Shown: positions 39,978-49,143 of the stretch, one piece after another
How the letters are laid out: each line of letters begins with the position of its first letter
Numbering within the stretch: position 1 is the first letter of the stretch
Source of the DNA: a virus
Direction: 5' to 3' (one strand)
IMG/VR virus record: IMGVR_UViG_3300046314_000711
DNA length: 64,000 nucleotides
The notes under the pieces: model-generated
What the model saw: the letters and a program-made list of their open reading frames with translations, nothing else
Told to the model about the DNA's origin: nothing
Database searches by the model: none
Translations under genes and position numbers: made by a program

Positions 39978-42092
39978 ATGGCATCATTAGTCTCTCCTGG
40001 CGTAACTACGCAATTAATTGACGACTCACTATTCATTCCAAGCATTGCAGACACTGTGCCGTTATTCTTCATTGCTTCTCAACAAAGCAAGAAACAAACA
40101 AACGGCATTACAACTGCACTTGGCACAATCGAGAGTAATGTTGTCCGTACGATCACTTCGTTAAAACAGAGTCTTGCTACATATGGCGTTCCATCATTCT
40201 TAACATCATCTAATGGTGGTGCAATGCACGGCGATGCTCGCAATGAAGTTGGTTTGTTTACACTAAACCGCTTTCTCGGCTTGGGCAGCTTGGCATATGT
40301 TGTTCGTGCAGATGTTAATTTACGAGATGAGTATACTGATGTAGCAGCTTCGTGGACGACAAAGACTACTGCCGCAGCTGCTGAATTGCGTGCGCTCGTA
40401 GCTGCGTATATTGGTGCATACAACATGCAAAATGGTTACACGTCGACCAACCCGCTGTTTAAAACTACAGTTACGGATGTTGAGTTGAGTACATTTATCC
40501 ATCAAGTGATGGCTCCAATCTTTTCTGAGACCACATTTAGAAAAACTGAATACAATTTCTACGATAATAACTTATCGCCTATACTAACTGCTTCTGGTAG
40601 TCAAACTGTATCGTCTGACGTTGGCATTAGTGCAGCTGATGCAACAGGATTGGCTAACGATGCGACAGTGTATTCCGTTGTCATTGTAGTAGATGGTGTT
40701 TCCAAGAATGTTAGTATTATTGGTTCCAATGCACAGACTGTGTCTGATCTAGTTAGTCAAATTAATGCTGCATTGGCACCTGTAGCATCTATTGCGATTG
40801 TTGGTGGTGACTTGGTTGTTACATCAGCATCTGTTGGTAATAGTTCATCTATCCTAATTATCGACAACAATTTATTTTCATCTATTACTGGTTATACATC
40901 ATTGTATCTACCAGTTCCGGGTACAGCCGTAGATTCTCCTCTCAGTGTATTTGCAAATGGGTTTAACCAACCACCAACAGGTCAATTCTTAGGTGTCGAA
41001 GGTGTTTTGTATAACTGGAAATTAAACAATCTTGGCACTAACCCAACTCCATCTCAATGGACCCCAACGGAAGCATCTGACACTCTGTTGATTGCATCAG
41101 AGGATTTTAAATCTACTGTTGAGTTTGCAAATGATACTAGCCTTGGTGCTACTGATGCTGAAAAACGCCAAACAATCGTTACAGCACTACAAGCTGTCAT
41201 TAACAGTAACACGGAAATCCGTTCAGAGTTGTATGAATATAACCTAATTGTCTGCCCAGGCTTTGCAGAGGTTGTTGATGATATGTTAACGCTGTGTGAA
41301 GATGTTGGTGAAGAAGCGTTTGTTATTGGTGACGTACCTTACCAATTGGATCCTGAAGCAGCAGCCAATTGGGCCGTTGCACCAGCATCTGCATCTTCCA
41401 GCCGCCGTGTAAATCGCAACGTTGCTTACTACTACCCACACGCTATCGCATCTAATGTTGATGGTAATGACGTGTTCGTACCTGCATCTGCGATCGCTTT
41501 GCGTACGTACACATACAGTGATCAGAATAGTGAAGTTTGGTTCGCTCCAGCGGGCGCCCGCCGTGGCACTGTTACAGGTATTAGTCGAATCGGCTACATT
41601 ACTGGCACATTAGGTCAACCAACTACTTTTGTAGACGTTGCACTGAATAAAGGACAGCGTGATGCGTTGTATCAATATTTTAGCAACATTAATCCGATCG
41701 CTAACTTACCAGGGCGCGGCATTGTTGTACTTGGTCAAAAAACTTCCCAAAGCTACGCATCTGCACTTGATCGTGTTAATGTGGCTCGGTTGGTTGCGTA
41801 TATCCGCCGCCAGTCGCGTAAGCTTGGTTTTGGATTCTTGTTCGAACCGAATGATACGATCACTCGTGCAAGTATCAAATCAGCGATCGATGGTATGTTG
41901 CAGAATGTTATGGCGTCTCGCGGTCTCGTTGACTATGTGACGGTTTGTGATACATCTAACAACACCCCAGCTCGTGTTGGTGCGAACGAACTATACGTAG
42001 ACATCGCTATCCGCCCAGTTGTGGCAGCTGAATTTATCATTATTCCAATCACTGTTAAGTCGCAAGGTGCAAGCTTGACAACAGGATCGTAA
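39978..42092 (+). CDS. Tail sheath protein gp18-like
   Basis: LVSPGV, WFAPAGARRG, INPI, GQKT, SALDRVNVARL, FEPND, VCD.SNNTP, AEFI.IP. Confidence 0.95.
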   Translation: MASLVSPGVTTQLIDDSLFIPSIADTVPLFFIASQQSKKQTNGITTALGTIESNVVRTITSLKQSLATYGVPSFLTSSNGGAMHGDARNEVGLFTLNRFLGLGSLAYVVRADVNLRDEYTDVAASWTTKTTAAAAELRALVAAYIGAYNMQNGYTSTNPLFKTTVTDVELSTFIHQVMAPIFSETTFRKTEYNFYDNNLSPILTASGSQTVSSDVGISAADATGLANDATVYSVVIVVDGVSKNVSIIGSNAQTVSDLVSQINAALAPVASIAIVGGDLVVTSASVGNSSSILIIDNNLFSSITGYTSLYLPVPGTAVDSPLSVFANGFNQPPTGQFLGVEGVLYNWKLNNLGTNPTPSQWTPTEASDTLLIASEDFKSTVEFANDTSLGATDAEKRQTIVTALQAVINSNTEIRSELYEYNLIVCPGFAEVVDDMLTLCEDVGEEAFVIGDVPYQLDPEAAANWAVAPASASSSRRVNRNVAYYYPHAIASNVDGNDVFVPASAIALRTYTYSDQNSEVWFAPAGARRGTVTGISRIGYITGTLGQPTTFVDVALNKGQRDALYQYFSNINPIANLPGRGIVVLGQKTSQSYASALDRVNVARLVAYIRRQSRKLGFGFLFEPNDTITRASIKSAIDGMLQNVMASRGLVDYVTVCDTSNNTPARVGANELYVDIAIRPVVAAEFIIIPITVKSQGASLTTGS

Positions 42093-42113
42093 TCAAATAA
42101 GTCTGGACCCAAT

Positions 42114-42136
42114 AGAGGGCTTCGGCCCTCTTTTTT
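42114..42136 (+). terminator. Terminator after sheath
   Basis: AGAGGGC-TTCG-GCCCTCTTTTTT. Confidence 0.9.
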
Positions 42137-42261
42137 CGTTCTATATACTTGCACGTGCTTACTGACATCCAAGTGAGTATTAGATACAAACTACATGTTG
42201 CACACAAATGTGTTTTATTGCAGTATTAATTAGCTCTCATTACTTTTAAAGGAAAAACAAA

Positions 42262-42519
42262 ATGGCAAAGAAAGACACCAAAGCAGTTGAAGTTGCAGCA
42301 GCTGAACCTACCATCACTGTAGATGGAGAACAGTTCACAATTAGTGCATTGACTCCACAGATTCAAAATGCAATTGGATTGCTGAACAAGTGGAATGCTG
42401 ACAAAGCAGAAGCTGAGCAAAAAGTTGTACAATTGCAGTACGCAGTAAATGCACTGTCAGTTGAACTTGCAAAAGCAATCAAACCCCCTGCTGAAGAAGC
42501 TGCACCTGCTGCTCAATAA
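42262..42519 (+). CDS. Hypothetical small protein
   Basis: Strong SD AAGGA; ITVDGEQF plus coiled coil; terminator follows at about 42541-42565. Confidence 0.7.
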   Translation: MAKKDTKAVEVAAAEPTITVDGEQFTISALTPQIQNAIGLLNKWNADKAEAEQKVVQLQYAVNALSVELAKAIKPPAEEAAPAAQ

Positions 42520-42566
42520 TTAGCATTTAAACTATTCTGAAAAGTCTCCTACGGGGGACTTTTTTG

Positions 42567-42595
42567 TTGACCTTTTGCGTAACAATTGGTATAAT
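42567..42595 (+). promoter_or_regulatory. Sigma70-type early promoter
   Basis: TTGACC-17 nt-TATAAT with extended TG. Confidence 0.8.
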
Positions 42596-42623
42596 ACCTT
42601 ATTGTTAATCAAGTGGGTTTGAT

Positions 42624-42878
42624 ATGTCTGCTGGATACCTTGGTGGAGATGCTGGGACTGAACATTCGATGGTGGTTGCGGAGAATGCACTACACGCAGT
42701 TCGACGAGTTATGTATAGTTCCACAATATCTGCTACTGAATGTGTTGATTGTGGTGATACCATCCCGGAAGCTCGTCGTAAAGCTATGCCAGGTGTATAT
42801 CAATGCATTCAATGCCGTTCTCTGTTCGAAAAATTTACTCCCAAGCAAAAAATCAAGATGCTTGATAGAATACTATAA
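42624..42878 (+). CDS. DksA/TraR C4 zinc-finger protein
   Basis: CVDCGDTIPEARRKAMPGV..CIQC. Confidence 0.9.
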   Translation: MSAGYLGGDAGTEHSMVVAENALHAVRRVMYSSTISATECVDCGDTIPEARRKAMPGVYQCIQCRSLFEKFTPKQKIKMLDRIL

Positions 42879-42907
42879 ATACTTCTGCAACAGAAATACT
42901 TTTAAAA

Positions 42908-43450
42908 ATGACCACATCTACTGAAATCGCCGCTGCATATAAAAAATACGTAGCTAAACAAAAGCAAGGTCGCCAACGTGGTTGGGCTTCGGAAAAACAG
43001 TTCACTACTGATTATGACAAATATTACAAAGCTGACTACGGTCCAACTGGCAAACGAGTTACGAACGAGTCTACACTGAGTGTTGCCGATCGCACTCGCA
43101 TGCTTGAACTCGCTGGCATGTCCCATTTAGTATTGACTGAAGCGAAACGGACCACCGTAAAAGAGGATGCAGCTCAATCACTGGAGCAGCAATATGGCGC
43201 TCTCGGCCAAGCGGTGGCAGATGTGCTTGAAATACACAAATCAACGGCTACTGATCCAGATGTTGCTGGCGAGATGAGTGAGATTGGTGGGTTTGATCCG
43301 CGAGCTATGGAAGGTATGATTAAAGACCATATCAACGATGCGCTACTGGATATTTTCGGCAGTCCAGAATATCGTCAACTATGTGCAGAACTATCTGGTC
43401 AAAATGCACAGGTTGCAGCAGAACCTGATCAACAAACTCTCGACGTTTAA
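42908..43450 (+). CDS. Hypothetical protein
   Basis: 180 aa; TATAAATA at 42874-42881; RMLELAG motif. Confidence 0.6.
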   Translation: MTTSTEIAAAYKKYVAKQKQGRQRGWASEKQFTTDYDKYYKADYGPTGKRVTNESTLSVADRTRMLELAGMSHLVLTEAKRTTVKEDAAQSLEQQYGALGQAVADVLEIHKSTATDPDVAGEMSEIGGFDPRAMEGMIKDHINDALLDIFGSPEYRQLCAELSGQNAQVAAEPDQQTLDV

Positions 43451-43509
43451 CACATTTTTACTTTCATACATAATAAGAGGACCTCAGTGTCCTCTTTTTC
43501 ATTTTCCAA

Positions 43510-45417
43510 ATGTACATATCTGCAAGCAAACAGTTCGATAAAGTTATTGTGTGGGAGCAACGTACCAATCGCGGTGATCTCAACATCAAAACCTACAATG
43601 CACCTAATGAGTGCTACGTCCGTGTGCTCGATTGGAAATTATGCCGCACCAAATTAAAAGAAGCTGTAGATAGTGGTGATATGGATGAGATAACTGTTCT
43701 CAAGCAGTTTCTCGGCGCAGGTGCTCCTGCAATTGACACGACAGAAACATACCTGTCAATGTACAATGAGCCGCTATACAAGCTCAAATTCTCAAAATCA
43801 AAAGAGTTCCGTAACTTTACTGGCAGTGTCCCACTATTCGTCCGTCTGTATGAGAGTGATATTCCTGCAGAATTGAAAGTCCTATCCAATAATTACTACC
43901 AAGCAGAACTTCCGGTCCTAAATGTTACATTCTACGATATTGAGGTTGAGGCTATCACTCGCTCTCGCAATCCAGACCAGTTAATATCTGTCCGCAGTTT
44001 GTACGATGGTGCAATTACCGATATGCCACTGCGTCTCCTGCGAAAAATCGATTCCCAAGACCACCATGAGTACGAGTACAAGGAGAAACCAACTCAACCA
44101 TTTCGTCCACTGACTAATTCGCCACTGTTGTACGATGAGTTTGACCATTATAGTTCGACGAATGAAGCAGAAGCTCCAATCAACTCTATTGCATTTTATC
44201 ACGCGTGGGAAGATCGTTATGTCTGTTACTGCGTCCCGCCAAAGACCTGGCAGTTTGAAGATTGTGAAAAGAACTTCAACTGGTCTCTATTTGAAGACGT
44301 TCATAGTGAGTACAAAATCGTATTCTGCCGTAATGAAGCTGAACTACTCGCGTACTCCGTCGAGGAGATTCAAAATACTGACGTACTATCAGGTTATAAC
44401 TCGTCTATGTTTGATGACCCATACTTTGCACAACGTGTTCAAATCGTGCTGGGTGAAGAGTGGTTCCAGATGCTGTCGTTTCCAAAAGGTAAGAAGCCGT
44501 ATTACACTGAGCGTGAAATATTCTTCCGTATGCAAAAGCAGGTTCAGTTCGATGGTCGTATCACAATTGACTACTTGGAACTGTTTAAAAAGTTCACCGT
44601 TGAAGATCGTGATAGTTGGAACCTAGAGTCTGTTGCGCAAGACCACCTCGGGGACAAGTTCAAAAAGCTGGACTACGAAGGTACTCTGCATAGTTTGTAT
44701 CACGAGAACTTTTGTAAGTTCATTCGTTACAATTGCAGAGATACGGAGATTTTGTGCGAGCTCGATAAAAAGTACAAGTTTATTGAACTTGGTAATTGGA
44801 TGATGCACTACAGTACTTGCCAAATGAAGCATGTCATGGGTACCGTACGAAAAGCGGAGATGGCTGTAGCTAACTTTTGTTGGCACGAATTGAATGTACG
44901 AGTTCCGGATACTGTGGTACTAGACGAGCAAGGACAAGCTCAGGGAGCGTACGTATTAGTTCCACAAAAAGGTATACATAAAGACCTATTTCTGATTGAC
45001 GTAACAGGATTGTATCCATCTTGCATGAAGGCGATAAACATTTCGCCGGAAAAATACATTGGGCAGTTTATTAATGATAATCGAGATCGGGTAGAGATCA
45101 TTGCTAATACAGATAGTTATTTAACAATCACACTCGCCTCAGGTGAAAAAATTACTAAAATGGCAAAAGATTGGAACACTTGGCTAAGGATGCATAAATA
45201 TGCTATATCCGGATACGGTACGGTCTACAACCAAGATGCACCTGGAATTGTTCCAACTATTTTGGAAACGTGGTTTACACAGCGCAAATCTGCACAAGCT
45301 CGTTCAAAAATTGCGAAGAAGGAACTTGAGGAATTACTAAATGCAGCAAAATTACGAAAAAATAAAACAACAAAGACAACTGTCGGCACACAACAGAGCT
45401 ACAAGAACGCTAGCTGA
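43510..45417 (+). CDS. Family B DNA polymerase, N-terminal part (gp43A-like)
   Basis: ExoI FYDIE, ExoII GYNS..FD, ExoIII YN..D, motif A DVTGLYPS, NISPE; ends after first fingers helix (WFTQRK). Confidence 0.93.
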   Translation: MYISASKQFDKVIVWEQRTNRGDLNIKTYNAPNECYVRVLDWKLCRTKLKEAVDSGDMDEITVLKQFLGAGAPAIDTTETYLSMYNEPLYKLKFSKSKEFRNFTGSVPLFVRLYESDIPAELKVLSNNYYQAELPVLNVTFYDIEVEAITRSRNPDQLISVRSLYDGAITDMPLRLLRKIDSQDHHEYEYKEKPTQPFRPLTNSPLLYDEFDHYSSTNEAEAPINSIAFYHAWEDRYVCYCVPPKTWQFEDCEKNFNWSLFEDVHSEYKIVFCRNEAELLAYSVEEIQNTDVLSGYNSSMFDDPYFAQRVQIVLGEEWFQMLSFPKGKKPYYTEREIFFRMQKQVQFDGRITIDYLELFKKFTVEDRDSWNLESVAQDHLGDKFKKLDYEGTLHSLYHENFCKFIRYNCRDTEILCELDKKYKFIELGNWMMHYSTCQMKHVMGTVRKAEMAVANFCWHELNVRVPDTVVLDEQGQAQGAYVLVPQKGIHKDLFLIDVTGLYPSCMKAINISPEKYIGQFINDNRDRVEIIANTDSYLTITLASGEKITKMAKDWNTWLRMHKYAISGYGTVYNQDAPGIVPTILETWFTQRKSAQARSKIAKKELEELLNAAKLRKNKTTKTTVGTQQSYKNAS

Positions 45418-46669
45418 CTATATTGAATTAATAAGAACTAATCAGCGAGTTAACACTACAACGTTGCGAGAAGATATAAGAAATCAAATCGATGTGTTAG
45501 TATCGCCTGTATTTGCTACATATCCGTATCGTGAAAAATTACTTGCGATTGTTGAAAACCGTACTACGCTACCAACTTGTAAAACTTGTGGGAAAATAAC
45601 TACATTTACCAAAGCAGGTTCAGCCAGTGGGCAGATCAATAGGTTTAATGAGTTTTGCAACACTGCTTGTCGCAATAAATATTGTCCCACTGAAGTAGTG
45701 CTATCGGTAAATGAAATTAGGGAAGAAATAAAAGATTGGTCTCCACAACAACTCCGCACTTTACCACTTCGCAATCCACAGTTGTATGGGGCGCTTGTAG
45801 CTGCGACTAATTGTTGTGTGCCAACTAACAAAAGCAATGATAAACTTGGGGTGACGATACTGCAGCGCGTATGGCACGTTATGCACCCTGATGTAGAGCT
45901 GCCATCGTGCGTGGAGTGTGGTAAACCAACAAAGTGGGATCCAAGAACTACACAATACTGTACATACTGTGGTCCAAGTTGCTCCAGTTCGTCGTGGATA
46001 CAAAGTGAGAAAAAATCAAAAACTATGACAAAAGCAATGCGAGATTGTCTGTCTAATAAAGATTGGTTTTACGATCAGCACATCACACAACAAAAATCGT
46101 TCCAACAAATGCGCGCAGAGAATAATATTGCAGTTGCGTATACAATGTCATATTGGGCAAAAAAACACGGTATACAGAACCAACGATATGCGTTGAGTTC
46201 ACAGCAGCGAATATTGGTAGAGTGGTTAGAGCAGCAAGGAGTAGAAGTGCTTGTTAATAATAGGCAAGTAATTAAACCGCGGGAGTTGGACATAGTTCTA
46301 CCCACATATAACATTGCAATTGAGTATGGTAGTTACTACTTTCACAGTGTAGGAGATTTACCACATTTAAGACGAATGACACCTACCTACCATTTAAATA
46401 AGTGGAAAAGTTGTGCAAATAACGGATTCACATTGTTGACACTATTTGACGCAACAGATACACTTGATCAGTGTAAAAAGCAAATTATGATTGCTATTAA
46501 TAAAGAAAATGTTGATACGAACAAGGGGAATTTGCGATACTACCATAGTTCACACTCAACTGTTGCGAAAATACTTCCGCCTAAAATAATACAAACGCGA
46601 GATATTGCTGTAGTGGGTAGAGATGATAGGGTTGTGTTAGAATTATACGATTGTGGGACAGCAATATGA
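45341..46669 (+). CDS. Free-standing homing endonuclease (Vsr/Hef-like) between polymerase halves
   Basis: Two Zn-finger repeats; RELDIVLP.YNIAIEY..YFHS..YHLNK; own SD GAGGA. Confidence 0.85.
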   Translation: MQQNYEKIKQQRQLSAHNRATRTLADYIELIRTNQRVNTTTLREDIRNQIDVLVSPVFATYPYREKLLAIVENRTTLPTCKTCGKITTFTKAGSASGQINRFNEFCNTACRNKYCPTEVVLSVNEIREEIKDWSPQQLRTLPLRNPQLYGALVAATNCCVPTNKSNDKLGVTILQRVWHVMHPDVELPSCVECGKPTKWDPRTTQYCTYCGPSCSSSSWIQSEKKSKTMTKAMRDCLSNKDWFYDQHITQQKSFQQMRAENNIAVAYTMSYWAKKHGIQNQRYALSSQQRILVEWLEQQGVEVLVNNRQVIKPRELDIVLPTYNIAIEYGSYYFHSVGDLPHLRRMTPTYHLNKWKSCANNGFTLLTLFDATDTLDQCKKQIMIAINKENVDTNKGNLRYYHSSHSTVAKILPPKIIQTRDIAVVGRDDRVVLELYDCGTAI

Positions 46670-47838
46670 CGCATATAGTGAAGGGAGTGGAGTTGACAGA
46701 TGTTGAATATGACAGATATACTGCACTTACAGCAGAGATTGATTATTGTGAATCACAATCATATGCATTTAAAATTTTGCAAAACTCGTTTTACGGAGCT
46801 CAATTAAACCAAAATTTTAAATTCTATGCAAAGGTTGCTGGAGAGAGTACAACTGGTACGGGGAGACACGTATTGCAACATCAAATTCGCAAGTGTTGTG
46901 AAGTATTGGATGGTGACTATAACATTGACCCAATTGTCGATGATGAAGATCCGCGAGCTATCCGCGGGGAAGCGGCAAGCCCATCAATTATTTATGGAGA
47001 TACGGATAGTTCCATACTTACGTTAAAGCATGTTTTAACTGGACGTGAGACGTTGCAAGAAAAAATAAAAATTGCAGACAACATAGCACTGCTTGTTAAT
47101 AAAAGTTTTCCGAAATTTATGATGGAGCAATTTCTGCTACAGCCTGAGTTCTCGGATAAGATCAAAACTGGTAGAGAGTTGTTTGCGTCTGCTGCATTCT
47201 TCGTATCGAAAAAACGATACGCAATGCACGTAGTTGATAAGGAGGGAATTCCCAAAGATGATTTGAAGTTAATGGGTCTTGATGCAAAGAAGACTACTAC
47301 CCCTCGTCCAATCAAAGCTTTTTTAAAGAAGTGTGTAATGGATGTACTCAAAGGTGTACCAGCCAAAGAGCTTGATGAATACATTGTAGCATACCGCGAT
47401 AAGATCATTGATGATGTGCCACTAATGGAGATCGGTCTTCCAAAGGGGATTAAGAAGATTGAATTATACACTGAAGAATTTCGCAATAACCCACGCACCC
47501 GCATTCCTGGACATACTTCAGCAGCATTGCTGTACAATGAGTTTAGAGAACGCTACAAGGATAATCAATCGTTGCAAATCAGCAGTGGTATGAAGATTAA
47601 AGTGTTCAATTTTAAGTATGAGTTTGAGCACGACGGACGAATGTTCAAGTCAATTGCACTCCCAACTGATACGGAAGAGATTCCACAATGGTTTGCTGAT
47701 GACTTTGTACCACTAATTGATCGTATCACCCACTCGAAGAAACTTGTAGATAATATGCTGCACAATATGTTTGATTCGATCCCACGGCACGTACCAACTA
47801 GGCACATGCAAGCGATTGAAGAAGAATTTGAATTTTAA
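46666..47838 (+). CDS. Family B DNA polymerase, C-terminal part (gp43B-like)
   Basis: Motif B KILQNSFYG, motif C IYGDTDS, KKRY; ATG overlaps the endonuclease TGA (ATGA). Confidence 0.93.
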   Translation: MTHIVKGVELTDVEYDRYTALTAEIDYCESQSYAFKILQNSFYGAQLNQNFKFYAKVAGESTTGTGRHVLQHQIRKCCEVLDGDYNIDPIVDDEDPRAIRGEAASPSIIYGDTDSSILTLKHVLTGRETLQEKIKIADNIALLVNKSFPKFMMEQFLLQPEFSDKIKTGRELFASAAFFVSKKRYAMHVVDKEGIPKDDLKLMGLDAKKTTTPRPIKAFLKKCVMDVLKGVPAKELDEYIVAYRDKIIDDVPLMEIGLPKGIKKIELYTEEFRNNPRTRIPGHTSAALLYNEFRERYKDNQSLQISSGMKIKVFNFKYEFEHDGRMFKSIALPTDTEEIPQWFADDFVPLIDRITHSKKLVDNMLHNMFDSIPRHVPTRHMQAIEEEFEF

Positions 47839-47854
47839 CCAAAAGGACTGTACT

Positions 47855-48085
47855 ATGAATATTAACCCCAGCCAGATTAACCTAAATGACGTGACCACGC
47901 CCATTCCAACCGTACACAGCGCTGACGTATCGCAGACTGATGTCGATGTGACCAAGATCGACCGAGCTACACTCAAGCAACTTCGTAAGAATGTTGAAAA
48001 ATTGAAGATGATGAAAAACATCGATGCCATGAAGACAGTTTCCCACTTTGATATTCGCTCGTTTTTCCCAGTTAGTAAAAAATAA
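47855..48085 (+). CDS. Hypothetical protein
   Basis: SD AAGGA, 76 aa. Confidence 0.6.
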   Translation: MNINPSQINLNDVTTPIPTVHSADVSQTDVDVTKIDRATLKQLRKNVEKLKMMKNIDAMKTVSHFDIRSFFPVSKK

Positions 48086-48118
48086 CATAAATATGCGAAA
48101 CTACTGGCTTTGCATCCC

Positions 48119-48541
48119 ATGGACCCTTGGTCACTCTTACTAAAACCTACTAACCTGATAATCGCAATCCTCGTGATGGTGTCAGCGATTTCAGGCGGTG
48201 CTGCGTACTATTTGTATAACAAAAATATTGGACTCCACGAGCTGTTGGCAATTCAGAAGCGAGACAATGAGTTGTTTGTCTCTATTCACAATCAACAAAT
48301 CACTCACCTGGCTACTGTTATCGAGAAGCAAAATACTGCTGTCGATAGCATTCGTCGTGCTGGTGATCAACAAGTTGTTGTGATGAGTAAGGTGCAGAAC
48401 AATGTCAATGACATGCGAGTAGCTGCTGATCAACATCTTGCAGAGCTTCGCAAGCAGCCTGTTGCTAACTTAACTTGTGAGCAGTCTATTCAGTCGTTGA
48501 TAGATTATGCTACACTACTAAACAAAGGAGTTGCGAAATGA
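48119..48541 (+). CDS. Inner-membrane spanin (Rz-like)
   Basis: N-terminal TM, coiled coil, C-terminal Cys; ATGA-coupled to a lipoprotein gene. Confidence 0.7.
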   Translation: MDPWSLLLKPTNLIIAILVMVSAISGGAAYYLYNKNIGLHELLAIQKRDNELFVSIHNQQITHLATVIEKQNTAVDSIRRAGDQQVVVMSKVQNNVNDMRVAADQHLAELRKQPVANLTCEQSIQSLIDYATLLNKGVAK

Positions 48542-48834
48542 AGTATGTGCTATTAGTGTCCGTGTTTGTATTAGCAGCTTGTTCTTCACCAGCCCCGTTG
48601 GTTAAAATCGAAACAGTTGAGGTGAAAGTTCCAGTGGTACAGCCGTACCCACCAATCGCTTCAATCTCTCGCCCTACTCTTGAACTATCGAAACTTACTG
48701 ATGCTACATCACCTGGTGTTGTTGCACAATCGTATAAAATCGCTGTTCAGCAACTGCTCGAGTATGCTCAGCAGCTTGAAACACTAATCAAAGGAGTTAA
48801 TGATGCGCGTCAAGCAAGTCTTGCAACACCTTGA
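48538..48834 (+). CDS. Outer-membrane spanin (Rz1-like lipoprotein)
   Basis: Signal peptide with lipobox LAAC; Pro-rich VKVPV..P..P..P. Confidence 0.75.
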   Translation: MKYVLLVSVFVLAACSSPAPLVKIETVEVKVPVVQPYPPIASISRPTLELSKLTDATSPGVVAQSYKIAVQQLLEYAQQLETLIKGVNDARQASLATP

Positions 48835-49120
48835 TGAAGGTTTCTTCGAACTCGCTGCTGGCTTTGTAACCGGATTGATGATGCCAACCACCTCTTTTGG
48901 TAGCGCTCTTGCATTAATCGTCACAGCAGCCAACTATGCAAACCTGGTGAAACTTGCTCCAGCTCATCGTAATAAAGTTGTACTCACAGCTACTACGCAA
49001 GCCGAACTCACCGCTCAACAGAAAAACGTCAAGCACTTGATCGATAAAATGTCGTACAAGCTCGATAAAATGGAGACTGTGGGTACCTATGGTCGCAAGT
49101 GGACACTCTCCGCTAAATAG
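48800..49120 (+). CDS. Hypothetical protein
   Basis: 106 aa; leader MRVKQVL..LDE. Confidence 0.55.
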   Translation: MMRVKQVLQHLDEGFFELAAGFVTGLMMPTTSFGSALALIVTAANYANLVKLAPAHRNKVVLTATTQAELTAQQKNVKHLIDKMSYKLDKMETVGTYGRKWTLSAK

Positions 49121-49143
49121 ATATTACTGAAATAGGATTGAAT

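Noticed and set aside
45300-46700. Group I intron in the polymerase gene
   Set aside because: The intervening ORF overlaps both polymerase parts, leaving no non-coding space for a ribozyme core; the C-part has its own coupled start.
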